DNA from: a virus
Strand: one strand, 5' to 3'
DNA length: 64,000 bases
IMG/VR virus record: IMGVR_UViG_3300029951_000013
Span: 24,896-88,895 of that record
Shown here: positions 19,311 to 28,938 of the stretch, piece after piece
Layout: every line of letters starts with the position of its first letter
How positions within the stretch are numbered: position 1 is the first letter of the stretch
The notes under the pieces: generated by a model
Told to the model about the DNA's origin: nothing
The model's input: only the letters and a program-made list of their open reading frames with translations
Database searches by the model: none
Position numbers and translations under genes: made by a program

Positions 19311-20216
19311 TCACGTGGGCACGCCGAGTTCTATCTGAGCCGCCAGGTGGCAGCACTCGAAACCGATTGCATACGTACGAAAAGCCTGGGCCTTGACGGT
19401 GTTCTTGGCCCGGTCGAAGGTCTCCGGCATGTGGCGGACGGTCACATCCGACCGGTAGCCGAAGACTGCGCCGGTGGCGTAGAGCCACGCGTACCCGGCG
19501 GCCGGGGCGGCTCCGGCCGGGGAGGTCCCCGGGTAGCCGCCGCCGACGACGACCTTGTTCCCGGCGGCGGTGTACAGCATCCCGTCGTCCTTGCTGATCA
19601 TCACTAGCTGCCAGGCCCTCAGCGTGGACAGGGCCAGGCGCGGGACATGGATGACGCCTTGGCCGCCGTAGCAGGAAGCAAGAGCGGTCTCCAGCTGGCC
19701 CATCGCTGTGGCCGCGTCCACCCCGGTCCCGGTGACGACCGGGCTGGCGGCGGTCTGGATCAGGATCCCGTTGGCGTCGTCCAGCACGGTGTTGGAGGAC
19801 AGGTGCGGCCACACGGTCGCCTGTCCCCCGGACACGCCGGTCCAGAACGCCTGCTCGACCGTGAACGGCTCCATGCGGGCCAGGTTGGTCTCCGCCAGCG
19901 CCCGGGCCCCGAGCGAGTCCAGGCCGACCGGCGAGGCGTCGAACTCCGCGTAGATCGTGAACGGCGTCGCACCTCGGACAGTCTGGGTGACGTCGCTGGC
20001 GACCAGCGGCGGAGCAGAGGGCGCCCCGCCGGTGCCGGTGACCGCTATGCAGTCGTCATAGGTGGTCGACCCGATGGGGGACGGGCAGATGTCCACCCAG
20101 GTGATGCCGTTCTGCCAGTGCGGGTCGGTCGCGGTCCGCTGCTGGATGGTGTCCCACAGCCCGAACGGAAGCGTGGTGAAGTCCGGGCCGTCGACTATCT
20201 GCCTTGCTCCGGCCAT
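19311..20216 (-). CDS. Second capsid protein (pentamer-type, as in Rosebush-like phages)
   Basis: Immediately after major capsid; HWQNGITW, PFTIYA, GVIH, GNKVVVGGGY, WLYATG. Confidence 0.7.
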   Translation of the reverse strand: MAGARQIVDGPDFTTLPFGLWDTIQQRTATDPHWQNGITWVDICPSPIGSTTYDDCIAVTGTGGAPSAPPLVASDVTQTVRGATPFTIYAEFDASPVGLDSLGARALAETNLARMEPFTVEQAFWTGVSGGQATVWPHLSSNTVLDDANGILIQTAASPVVTGTGVDAATAMGQLETALASCYGGQGVIHVPRLALSTLRAWQLVMISKDDGMLYTAAGNKVVVGGGYPGTSPAGAAPAAGYAWLYATGAVFGYRSDVTVRHMPETFDRAKNTVKAQAFRTYAIGFECCHLAAQIELGVPT

Positions 20217-20255
20217 GGCTCACTCCTCCCGCTCGGACTGTGGACTGACAGCGGA

Positions 20256-22058
20256 TCAGAGGTTGGGCTGGCCGCCGGTAGCGAGGCTGGCGACGCCCTG
20301 GCCGCTGACCATGAAGGTCAGCGTGTAGAGGCGGGACTCGTGGCCGACCTTGGCCACCAGGTGCGCCTCTTCTGCCCAGGCCGCGGTGAAGTCGTTCTCC
20401 GCGTTGAGGATGGAGTCCCGGATCACGCCGAGGTCCAGGCTCAGACCCGTGCCGTGCAGGAACGTCCCGGCGGCGTACATCATGAACTGCACCGTGGTCG
20501 GCCACGCGGTCATCTGGGCTGCGGCCTGCCCGAACTGGCTGGCACCGCGCACCTGCCAGTCGCTGACGAACTGGACGGCCACGCCGCGGGTGGCGAACAT
20601 GGCGATGATCGCCGAGTCCGGGACCGACAGGGTGGAGTCGTCGCCGTAGGTGCGCCAGGTCAGGTCGGCCCGGATCGCAGCCAGCACCCACGTGGGGAGC
20701 ACAACCTCCAGGACGGCAGTGTCGCTCATGCCGAACCGGTTGCGGTAGTCGACCGCAGCCAGCTCGATGCCGTTCATGACGCCCTGGAAGGCGGGGACGG
20801 TAGCGCTGGCCGGAAGGGCTGCGGTGACGGTGGACGCGGCGGACATCAGCGAGATGAGCCTGGCGTTGATGACGTGAGCGTAGGCGTTGCGCAGCAGCCG
20901 CAGGAAGTTCTGCGCGGCCTCGGGGTACGCGCTGTCGGTCAGGTTGCCCGCGGTGAGCGTGATGCCGTAGACCTCAAGGCGCGAGTTGCTGAAGCTGGCG
21001 CAGGGTACCCGCAGGGTCGGCTTGTTGATCGAGCCGGTGACGGTGTTGATGTCGTCGGTCTCGCTCCACAGCCACGGGTCGCTCGTGTTGGCGAAGGTGG
21101 CCGCGAAACCGCCCATGCCGGTCGCCGGGTTGCTCCCGCCTGCGGTGAAGAACACGTCCTTGATGGACGGGCTGGTCGGGAATTGGATGCCGCCACGGCT
21201 GATCCCGACGGTCGGCAGGTCGATGATCCCGCTCGGCACGTCGGAGATGTTGAACAGGTCGTAGTAGATCTCGCTGGGCGCGCACCATCCGCCGCCGGCA
21301 AGGAGTGCCTGCTGCTTGTCGCCGCCGGTCAGCTCCCGGACCAGGCGGTCGATCTGCGCCGGGCCCGTGCGCTCGTCCACCGTGTGGGTGAACTGGTTCT
21401 GGATCGAGGCGACGGGGTAGCGCGCGGCGCCCTGGCCCTGGGCCGTGGTCGGGATGTTGCTGGCCCGCTGGATGAACGCGTCAGCCATCGCCTCCATCGA
21501 GACGACCACGCCGCCGGAGGCCACGCCGCGCTTCGGAATATCCACCGAGGCAGTGATCACCTTGAGGTTCGCCTTGGCCGGGGCGACGCCCGGGTCCGGC
21601 GCGAACTGCCTCGAGGCGCTGAGGCTGGCGGCCTGGCGGACCACGTCCGCCGGGCTGTTGCCGCCGCGTCCGCTGCCCATCGCGGCGACCAGGCCCTGGG
21701 TGACACCGCGGGCTGCCGCAGCAGCGACGGCCTCCAGGTCGCCGGTGGTCTGCGATGCGGCTGCCGGATCGGCCGGCCCGTGGACCCGCTCGCTCAGCTT
21801 GGCCATCGCCTGCGCGGCGGTGTCCTTGGCCGCGGTGGCCTTCAGTTCGGCACGCACGTCGCGGACGCGCAGCTCCTCGTTGATCCGGTCCAGGTCGTCG
21901 GCCACCGAAGTGGCCTGCTGGAGGATCTCCGGGGTCAGGTCGTCCTGGCCGTGGACCCGCTCGAACGCGGCGACAGCCTGGTCCCGCAGGGCGGCCAGTT
22001 CGGCGTCACCCATGAGGGTGAGTTCGAGAGGGCAGGAAAAGACTTCGTCTCCCGACAC
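20256..22058 (-). CDS. Major capsid protein (hexamer-type) with N-terminal coiled-coil scaffold-like domain
   Basis: GGWCAPSEIYYDL, RGGIQF, ENDFTAAWAEE; GGAGG 5 nt before GTG 22058. Confidence 0.9.
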   Translation of the reverse strand: MSGDEVFSCPLELTLMGDAELAALRDQAVAAFERVHGQDDLTPEILQQATSVADDLDRINEELRVRDVRAELKATAAKDTAAQAMAKLSERVHGPADPAAASQTTGDLEAVAAAAARGVTQGLVAAMGSGRGGNSPADVVRQAASLSASRQFAPDPGVAPAKANLKVITASVDIPKRGVASGGVVVSMEAMADAFIQRASNIPTTAQGQGAARYPVASIQNQFTHTVDERTGPAQIDRLVRELTGGDKQQALLAGGGWCAPSEIYYDLFNISDVPSGIIDLPTVGISRGGIQFPTSPSIKDVFFTAGGSNPATGMGGFAATFANTSDPWLWSETDDINTVTGSINKPTLRVPCASFSNSRLEVYGITLTAGNLTDSAYPEAAQNFLRLLRNAYAHVINARLISLMSAASTVTAALPASATVPAFQGVMNGIELAAVDYRNRFGMSDTAVLEVVLPTWVLAAIRADLTWRTYGDDSTLSVPDSAIIAMFATRGVAVQFVSDWQVRGASQFGQAAAQMTAWPTTVQFMMYAAGTFLHGTGLSLDLGVIRDSILNAENDFTAAWAEEAHLVAKVGHESRLYTLTFMVSGQGVASLATGGQPNL

Positions 22059-22096
22059 AACAGCCTCCAAGGCGGGCGGGGTGGCATCTGCCCGAA

Positions 22097-22155
22097 CCGT
22101 ACGCCCGACCTTGGAAATAGCAAGGAGAAGCTTTTCACTTCACCGAATCGGTGAA
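22097..22155 (-). promoter_or_regulatory. Probable capsid promoter plus 8-1-8 palindrome
   Basis: Minus strand TTGCTA-16-TACGGT; TTCACCGA-A-TCGGTGAA at 22139-22155. Confidence 0.45.
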
Positions 22156-22156
22156 A

Positions 22157-22300
22157 TTAAAGCGCTGCGACCTCAGAATTGTCGGATGTCTCTTGGGGGT
22201 CCCCCGCTGCCTCCGGGCCTGCCGCCTGCTGGATCGGCGCTGGTGCCTGGACGGGCGGTGTCTGGTACGGCGGGGGCAGCTGGTTGCCGCAGTTGCACAT
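22157..22300 (-). CDS. 47-aa protein (MCNCGNQLPPPY...), below ORF-track cutoff
   Basis: GGAGG RBS; ATG 22300 to TAA 22157. Confidence 0.7.
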   Translation of the reverse strand: MCNCGNQLPPPYQTPPVQAPAPIQQAAGPEAAGDPQETSDNSEVAAL

Positions 22301-22309
22301 CGTGTCCTC

Positions 22310-22423
22310 CTAGACCGTGCGCTCGGTGAAGCGGAAGATCCGGGTGCCGAACTGCCACCAGGACGCCTTCCGCCGGGTGTTGCTGGCCACATCGAAGTAC
22401 TCGGTGCGGTAGTAACCGATCAT
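22310..22423 (-). CDS. 37-aa micro-ORF (MIGYYRTEYFDV...)
   Basis: ATGA overlap with the protease stop; TAG overlaps the next RBS. Confidence 0.5.
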   Translation of the reverse strand: MIGYYRTEYFDVASNTRRKASWWQFGTRIFRFTERTV

Positions 22424-25400
22424 GCGTCCGCCTTCACTCGTTTGGCCAGCATCTCCAGGACCCGGCGCATCGCCATCTGGTCCAGGTCGTGCTCGCTGGG
22501 TCCAGCCACGCCCGGCGCCACGGTGGGCTGACCTGCGGCGACCAGCGCCACCTGGGCCCCGGCGGAGACCCGGGCGCGCATACGCGGCACCGGGAACCCC
22601 GGCACGTTGACGGCCAGCAGGCCGACCAGGCGCAGCTTGCCGCCGATGCGCCGCCAGTCGCCGGACACCTGGCCCGCCGCACGCAGTGCCGCCACCTTCC
22701 CCGCGTCCGCGTCAGCCCGGATCGAGCCGGCGACCCAGATGCCGTGGACGTCGTTGCCCACGACCACGTCGGCCACTGCCCATCCGGTGTGGTCGTAGTG
22801 CTCCTTGGCCGCCTGGGCCCCGACGTTGAGGCTGGCGTGGCCGGTGCCGACGGTGATCTGGCCGACGGAGGCGGTAGTGCCGTCGTCCAGGCCGACCTCC
22901 CCGGTCATGTAGTAGGCGTGGTAGTCCTCGCGCGGCGGCTGGACGCACTGCCCGGTCTGGCCGATGTGGCAGGTCCCCCACTGCGCGGCGTGGCCGTAGA
23001 TCCGGCCGGAGTCGGACACGGTGATCGGGGTGGGCACCGACAACCCCGGGTCGGCGAACCACTCGGCGGGCGGAGTGTAGACGCCGAGGGAGGCGGTGAC
23101 CGCCCCGGTCTCGTCAGGCTCCTCGACCTGGGCGGCCTCCCACTCGGCCGGGTCCATCGCGCCGCCGGCCACCACAGCGCCGGTGTCGGCGTCGGTGAGC
23201 TGGATGTACGCGTCCTTGAACGCGGGTATGTCGCACAGGGTCGCCGCGCGGATCTGGCCGCCGTGGAAGATGACCTTCTCCGGCTGGGCGAAGAGCATGG
23301 CGAAGATGTCCTCTTCGTCGTCGCCCTCGTTGTTCCGCTCGGGCCAGACCATCTCGATATCGGCATCGCCGATCGAGTCGGCGTCGATGCTGACTCCGCG
23401 GACGAAACGGCCCGCGATCTTGTCGCGCGCGGCCACGCCGTTCGGGTCGGAGAGGTCGAGGACGCCGGTGGCCTGGATCTGGTTGCCGACCCGCTGGATC
23501 GTGTCGATCCGGCCGACGTTGACCGCTACCGTCCTCGGCTCCCCGCCGTGGGAGTCCTGGATGTTCCAGCGCAACGGGATCGGCGGGTCCTGCCAGGTCA
23601 GCGCGTCCGGCGCGAACTCGCGGCCGTCGCCGGTGGTCACGCCCTCCACCGCGAGGACACCCGACCACGGCGCGGTCGGACCGCCGGGCGCGATGACCGG
23701 AGCAGGCTGGATCGCCGGGGCTCCGGTGGCTGCTGCGGCCTTGAGGTTGTCCGGCACCGGCTCCTTGATGGCGTTGTAGTGCGCCACCAGGTGGGACTTC
23801 GCCGCCGCGACGGCCGCCGGGCTGTGCCCGGTCAGGCTGCTAAACCGGCCTGCTGCCGCGGCCAGTCCGGCGCGGTTCAGCTCGCCGTCCGGGTCGTGGT
23901 GCGGCAGGAAGCACTCCTCCTCGGGAGTCCCGTTGCCGGGGTCGCAGGCGGCCGACGCCGTCTTGTACTGCACGGGGGTGAAGTTCGAGGGACTGCCGTC
24001 CCAGGGTGCGTCGCTGACGGTGTTGCTGGAGCCGAAGTGCGCAGCGTCGTCCGGGCACTCGGCGCAGGGCGCACCGCCGCTGTCGGACATGCCGCTGGGG
24101 GCGGTGCTCCCGTCCGGCTTGTTCTTGCTCAGCCGCTTGTCCTTGGCGGTCCCCTTGTTCGGCTTGCCGCCGAGCTCTTCCTCAACAACGGTGGTCACGG
24201 GCGTACCCTCCTCGGCGGATGCCAGCATCCCCTGGTCCCAGACAGCGTAGATCGTGCCCCGGCAGTTACCGCCCCCTAGGCAGTCGGCATAGCCGCCGCC
24301 CGGGTAGGCGTCCTCGGCGTCGTCCAGCGAATTGAACGCCTTTCCGTCGACTGATTGACAGGGCTGACATGTCCGGTCGTCCAGAATCTCGGTGGCGTAG
24401 TAAGTGGCTGGAGGCGCGGCTTCCAGCACGGCGATGCGTCCGGCGTTCTGGGCAGCCGACATGGCCTCGCCCAGCCACTGCTTGTCGAAAGCGTCGGACA
24501 GGCCCTGTAGTGCCAACTCCACCTCGGACGCGAGCCTGATCCCGGAGAGGACGCTGAACAGGCCCATCGCGCGGTGCTTCGCGGCCTGCACCAGCCGGTT
24601 GCCCATGGTGTCGGCGGCGATGGACGCCACCTGGCGCAGCAGGTCGAGACCGGCCAGCGCAGCGACCCGGCCCGGTTCCAGACTCCAAGGCGGGACGTGG
24701 ACGCCCTGCTGCTCGGCCTCCTGCTGCTGCGCCACCCCGGCGGCCTGCGCAGTAGTGCGCATCCGGCCGTACAGGGTGTCGGCGGCCGTGTCCGTGGTGA
24801 TGGACAGCGTGGACAGGGCATCAGTGCCGCCGGCCAGGATCTGGTCCTTGATCTGGGTGCGCCAGTCGGCGGTGACCGCCTGCCAGTCCGTCAGGGCCCC
24901 GTTCACGGCCTGCTGCCAGCTGCGCTGGTGTGCCGCGAAGTCGACGCGTGCGGCCAGCTCGGTGGCGTTCGGCAGGCGGCGGAACTCGTCCGGGCGCTTC
25001 GCCCGCTTCGGCTTAGCGGCGGCGGTGATCGCGGTGCCGGTCGCGGCCAGGCTCGCGGTCAGCGGGATGTCCGTGTCCTCGTTTCCGAAGCTGACGCGGA
25101 TCCGGTCGAACGTCACCGGGCCGAGTTTCGCCTCCAGCGTGGAAGCCAGGCTCAGGTCGTCGGTGTAGGCAGCGCAGATGTGCGCCACCCACGGACTGTG
25201 CTGGTCCGGCAGCGGAACCGGATCGCCGCCGCGCTGCTGGTGGAGCATCAGCGCGTCCTGGACCGCCATGGCCGCCAGCTGGTGGAAGTCGTCCAACGGG
25301 CAGTCCGCAGCGTCGGCGTCCGGGTTGTCGCCGACGTTCCAGACCCAGGACGCGCCCGGGCTGTCGCCGTTCCAGTGTCCGATGCCGAAGACCTTGGTGG

Positions 25401-25737
25401 TGACTTGGTCCTGGTCGCCGGGGTACTGGTGCAGGGCGGCGATGATGTTCTGCTGCACTTCGGGCGGGAACGCCGAGGCGTCACCGCCGAGGAACATCAG
25501 CGTGCAGTGCAGCTCAGCCGCCACCTCGCCGCCCTTGACCGCGAGCCGCTTGGCATCGGCTGGAGTCGGCATCAGTGCGATCATGGCCCCGGAATGGGCG
25601 TCCGCGCCGGCGTCGGACGCCAGCATCCGGCGGCCGTGGGCGGACTGTACGTGGTGGCCGCGCTGATGGAGCTGCTCGACCACCGGCTGGCCGTCCCGGG
25701 TGCCGATACGCAATCGGGACGGTGTTCCCTCAGACAT
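22420..25737 (-). CDS. Fusion of 2H phosphoesterase, MuF-like head protein and capsid maturation protease
   Basis: LHCTLMFLG and WVAHICAAY (2H); ILDDRTCQPC..CLGGGNCRG (MuF); EGVTTGDGR, RGVSID, ATLCDIPAF (protease). Confidence 0.85.
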   Translation of the reverse strand: MSEGTPSRLRIGTRDGQPVVEQLHQRGHHVQSAHGRRMLASDAGADAHSGAMIALMPTPADAKRLAVKGGEVAAELHCTLMFLGGDASAFPPEVQQNIIAALHQYPGDQDQVTTKVFGIGHWNGDSPGASWVWNVGDNPDADAADCPLDDFHQLAAMAVQDALMLHQQRGGDPVPLPDQHSPWVAHICAAYTDDLSLASTLEAKLGPVTFDRIRVSFGNEDTDIPLTASLAATGTAITAAAKPKRAKRPDEFRRLPNATELAARVDFAAHQRSWQQAVNGALTDWQAVTADWRTQIKDQILAGGTDALSTLSITTDTAADTLYGRMRTTAQAAGVAQQQEAEQQGVHVPPWSLEPGRVAALAGLDLLRQVASIAADTMGNRLVQAAKHRAMGLFSVLSGIRLASEVELALQGLSDAFDKQWLGEAMSAAQNAGRIAVLEAAPPATYYATEILDDRTCQPCQSVDGKAFNSLDDAEDAYPGGGYADCLGGGNCRGTIYAVWDQGMLASAEEGTPVTTVVEEELGGKPNKGTAKDKRLSKNKPDGSTAPSGMSDSGGAPCAECPDDAAHFGSSNTVSDAPWDGSPSNFTPVQYKTASAACDPGNGTPEEECFLPHHDPDGELNRAGLAAAAGRFSSLTGHSPAAVAAAKSHLVAHYNAIKEPVPDNLKAAAATGAPAIQPAPVIAPGGPTAPWSGVLAVEGVTTGDGREFAPDALTWQDPPIPLRWNIQDSHGGEPRTVAVNVGRIDTIQRVGNQIQATGVLDLSDPNGVAARDKIAGRFVRGVSIDADSIGDADIEMVWPERNNEGDDEEDIFAMLFAQPEKVIFHGGQIRAATLCDIPAFKDAYIQLTDADTGAVVAGGAMDPAEWEAAQVEEPDETGAVTASLGVYTPPAEWFADPGLSVPTPITVSDSGRIYGHAAQWGTCHIGQTGQCVQPPREDYHAYYMTGEVGLDDGTTASVGQITVGTGHASLNVGAQAAKEHYDHTGWAVADVVVGNDVHGIWVAGSIRADADAGKVAALRAAGQVSGDWRRIGGKLRLVGLLAVNVPGFPVPRMRARVSAGAQVALVAAGQPTVAPGVAGPSEHDLDQMAMRRVLEMLAKRVKADA

Positions 25738-27595
25738 GAGCGCGGCCGTTCACCCGGCTGTGCGGAGTGACCAGGGTGGACTCCATGGCCGTCGTGTCCA
25801 GATACGGCGACAGGCCGTCCAGGCGCACGCGGCCGAAGGCGTCCAGGTGGCACAGGTAGGTGCCGGGCGTTCCGGGGATCGCCGCCGGGGCGTCCTGCAT
25901 CACCGCCTCGGTGAAGGGGCACGAATAGGAGTGGTCCCGGCAGACATCGGGGTGCCGCAGGTCCCAGCGTCCGTCCAGCCGGAACAGCACCGCGTGCTGG
26001 ACCTTCCCCTGCCGCACCCGCCGCGCCAACTCCGGGTTGACCGCCGCCGCTTGGGTCGGCGGCCCTGCGGCGGGAGCCGGGGCAGCGGGCACCGTCGGTC
26101 CGGCGGGCGGCGTGTGCTCGTCCGGCTCGCCGGTCTGGCCGGGGGCCGGGATGACGCCCTGGATCTCCTGCGCCGCGCCCGGGCCGGAGGTGGCCGGGGT
26201 GACCAGCTCGGTGCCGGTCAGGACGTCCAGCGCACCGGGGGCCGCGCCGTGCGCGAGCCGGATCAGGGATTTGAGGCCCTGGTCCCGCAGATCCTGCGGA
26301 GTCGGTGCGTCGTCCTCGCTCATACCGATCTCGCGCCGGTACGCCTGCCCGCTCAATTCCAGCCGGTCGTAGGCGTTCTGAGCGTTGATGCTCTTGTCCG
26401 GACGGAGTGTCAGCTCGGACAGGTCGTACCAGACGACGATGCTGGGGTCGGTCACGCCAGCGGCTGCCAGCAGGGGCTGGAGGTAGCCTGTGGTCAGTGC
26501 GGCGCAGATGATCTCAGCCAGCGGAGCTATGTGGACCTTGAGTCCGGACTCCTCGACGGCCCACGCCGACCAGTGGTTACTGTCGCCCAGGCCGAGCATG
26601 ACGTCCGAGGGGATGTCGAGCTGGGTGGCCACGCGGCGTATCGCCTGATCCCGCTTGTTGATCACCTGGTCGTCTATCTTGAGGGTGAAATCCAAGTGCT
26701 GGACGTCCTTGACCCACTCCGCCGGTACCCGCAGCGGGATCGGGATCACAGCGGATGCGGTTCCCGGCGTCTTGATCGCCTCGGCGGCGACCGTGATCCA
26801 CTCCTCCATGAAGGGGTCTTCGGCGTCGGCGAACTCCTCGCGCGCCGGGAAGGACACCTCCTCCGGCAGGATCAGTACTCCCGCTGAGGCGAGGCGGCTC
26901 AGGTACTGTGCCGTGATGTGCCGGTTGACCAGCTCCAGCTCCCGCATGGCGGTCAGCGCGGACCGGGCTGGGCTGGTGGCTAGGTGGTAGAAGCGGTCGT
27001 GTGGACGCCACACCCGGATCGGGACCATGGAGTCCTCGGCCAGGGGCCGCCAGACCGTCCCCAGGTTCGGGTTGTTCTCGTCGGTGACCTCGTAGCCAGT
27101 CCGCCCGGTCACCGCGCCCACCGCGCGGACCTCGTCCACCGCGCGCACCTGCCAACGGTAGAGGCCGTTGACCTTCTCGCCGATCAGGTACCCCTCGCCG
27201 GGGACCGAGAGCTGGACCGTGAGCCGCTTCATGATCTCGGACCGGCCGCCGATGCCGTTGCCGAGCTGCTGGATCAGGTCGGCGGCCGGTCCGGTGTCCA
27301 GGACGGTGGGCTCGTCGTTGCCGGGCTCCATCTGGCCCGCCCGGAGCCGTACCCGGGACAGCATGTTGGCCAGCCAGCTCACCCCGTAGTTGAACTCCCC
27401 CAGGGTGTCGAAGTACCCCCACACCTCGTTCTGCCAGCGGTCGGTGTGGCGCATGAACTGGGCGGAAGGCCCGGCGGCCGGGACGGCGGCGGCGGTGACC
27501 GCGGACGGTTCGGCTGCGGCGGTCAGAGACGCGGGCTCAAGCCCGGCCTCGTCGGGCAGCATCCGCCGGTACCCGACGTTGTGGTACCAGGCCAT
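25730..27595 (-). CDS. Portal protein
   Basis: GGAGG before ATG 27595; SRLASAGVL, NHWSAW, WYDLSELTLRPD; upstream of the protease. Confidence 0.9.
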   Translation of the reverse strand: MAWYHNVGYRRMLPDEAGLEPASLTAAAEPSAVTAAAVPAAGPSAQFMRHTDRWQNEVWGYFDTLGEFNYGVSWLANMLSRVRLRAGQMEPGNDEPTVLDTGPAADLIQQLGNGIGGRSEIMKRLTVQLSVPGEGYLIGEKVNGLYRWQVRAVDEVRAVGAVTGRTGYEVTDENNPNLGTVWRPLAEDSMVPIRVWRPHDRFYHLATSPARSALTAMRELELVNRHITAQYLSRLASAGVLILPEEVSFPAREEFADAEDPFMEEWITVAAEAIKTPGTASAVIPIPLRVPAEWVKDVQHLDFTLKIDDQVINKRDQAIRRVATQLDIPSDVMLGLGDSNHWSAWAVEESGLKVHIAPLAEIICAALTTGYLQPLLAAAGVTDPSIVVWYDLSELTLRPDKSINAQNAYDRLELSGQAYRREIGMSEDDAPTPQDLRDQGLKSLIRLAHGAAPGALDVLTGTELVTPATSGPGAAQEIQGVIPAPGQTGEPDEHTPPAGPTVPAAPAPAAGPPTQAAAVNPELARRVRQGKVQHAVLFRLDGRWDLRHPDVCRDHSYSCPFTEAVMQDAPAAIPGTPGTYLCHLDAFGRVRLDGLSPYLDTTAMESTLVTPHSRVNGRAHV

Positions 27596-27808
27596 AGCAC
27601 TGTCCTCCCGCCGGTCCGGTTGGGCCCAAGGTACCGCCGGTTCCGGGGGCGATCGTCCCGGGCGCGATAGCGGCACCGCAGTCCCGGTCCGGCGCTGCGC
27701 TTGCCCGGGTACTGGGCGATCCACCAGACTCAGGGCAGTGCCCTTCCTGCACTGGCTCGGAATCGGGATGACAGGGCGGGACCACCGTGTTGGCGCACGG
27801 CCCGCCGG

Positions 27809-27841
27809 GAGCCGGCACCCCTGCAAGGGTGCCGGCTCTTT
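27809..27841 (+). terminator. Intrinsic terminator-like hairpin
   Basis: GAGCCGGCACCC-ctgcaa-GGGTGCCGGCTC followed by TTT. Confidence 0.6.
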
Positions 27842-27852
27842 CCGTAGGCGTC

Positions 27853-27880
27853 GCTCTCGATAATCTGCCTTATCGAGAGC
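27853..27880. other. Candidate tyrosine-recombinase crossover site (lox/dif-like, 11-6-11)
   Basis: GCTCTCGATAA-tctgcc-TTATCGAGAGC, perfect arms, ending 53 bp before the recombinase ATG. Confidence 0.8.
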
Positions 27881-27933
27881 CAGAATCAGCGTGTTTCTGC
27901 GATTCGATCAATCAGACCTGAGACAATCAGGTC

Positions 27934-28938
27934 ATGACACCAGGCGAACTGACCCTCTTCGGATCATCAGATCACGCGCAGGCCCTGGCAGACCGGGCTC
28001 TGTCCGACCGGACGCGCGACCGCCTGGAGCGGTCGGTGCCGGAGAACACCCGGCGAGCCTACGCCCGGCAGTGGACCCAGTTCGCGAACTGGTGCGCGGC
28101 GCAGGGCCGTACCGACCTCCCGGCCACCGGGCACACCCTGGCCGAGTACACCGGCCACCTCGCCGACCTCGACCGGGCGCCCGCGACGATCGAGCAGGCG
28201 ATCGCCGCCGTCCGCACCGCGCACCGCACCGCCGGGTACCGCCAGCAGCCGGACACCTGTGACGCCCTGGCCGTCCTCAAGGTCCACAAACAGGACCGGG
28301 CGGAAGCCGGCAAGCGGAAGCGGAAGGCGCCCCCGGTCACCCTGGAGCCGCTGCGCGCCATGGTCGAAACTACCGACCCGGGCACCCTCGCCGGGAAGCG
28401 GGACCGCGCGCTGCTCGTCCTCGGCTTCGCCATGATGGCCCGCCGCTCCGAGCTGGCCGTTCTGCGCATCGCCGACATCAGGTTCACCGATGACGGGCTC
28501 ACCGTCACCGTGCGGGCCAGCAAGACCGACCAGGACGCCGAAGGCGTCGAGGTCAACATCCCGGCCGGCGTTCACCCCGACACCGACCCCGTCCGGGTGG
28601 TCCGGGCGTGGCTGGCCGCCCTGGCCGGACTCGGGGTGACCGGGGGATCGCTGCTGCGCAGCGTCGACCGCTGGGGACGGCTCGGTGCGAGCATGACCGG
28701 CGAGGCCGTCAACGAGGCAGTACAGCGGCGGGCCGCTACGGCGGGTCTGGAGGACGCCGGGGCCTACAGCGCCCACGGCCTGCGGGCGGGCGGGCCCACC
28801 GAGGCCGCCCGGGCCGGGCACCCGGTCAGCTTTATCGCCGAGCACGGCCGCTGGTCCAAATCGTCGCCGGTGGTGTACGAGTACGTCCGCGCGGTAGACA
28901 AGTGGCGGGACAACCCGATGCGCGGGATCGGTCTCTGA
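27934..28938 (+). CDS. Tyrosine recombinase, Cre-like (core-binding plus catalytic domain)
   Basis: ENTRRAY, RRSEL, SKTDQ, HGLRAG, HGRW, YVR. Confidence 0.93.
   Translation: MTPGELTLFGSSDHAQALADRALSDRTRDRLERSVPENTRRAYARQWTQFANWCAAQGRTDLPATGHTLAEYTGHLADLDRAPATIEQAIAAVRTAHRTAGYRQQPDTCDALAVLKVHKQDRAEAGKRKRKAPPVTLEPLRAMVETTDPGTLAGKRDRALLVLGFAMMARRSELAVLRIADIRFTDDGLTVTVRASKTDQDAEGVEVNIPAGVHPDTDPVRVVRAWLAALAGLGVTGGSLLRSVDRWGRLGASMTGEAVNEAVQRRAATAGLEDAGAYSAHGLRAGGPTEAARAGHPVSFIAEHGRWSKSSPVVYEYVRAVDKWRDNPMRGIGL

Noticed and set aside
4941-25770. Long plus-strand ORFs (for example 4941..6521, 13887..16343, 19647..22154, 22489..24279)
   Set aside because: Antisense shadows of high-GC minus-strand genes, with no motifs
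27934-28938. Classical phage integrase with attP
   Set aside because: No evident arm-binding domain, no tRNA-like att core and no adjacent repressor; Cre-like features fit a resolvase better, though integration is not excluded
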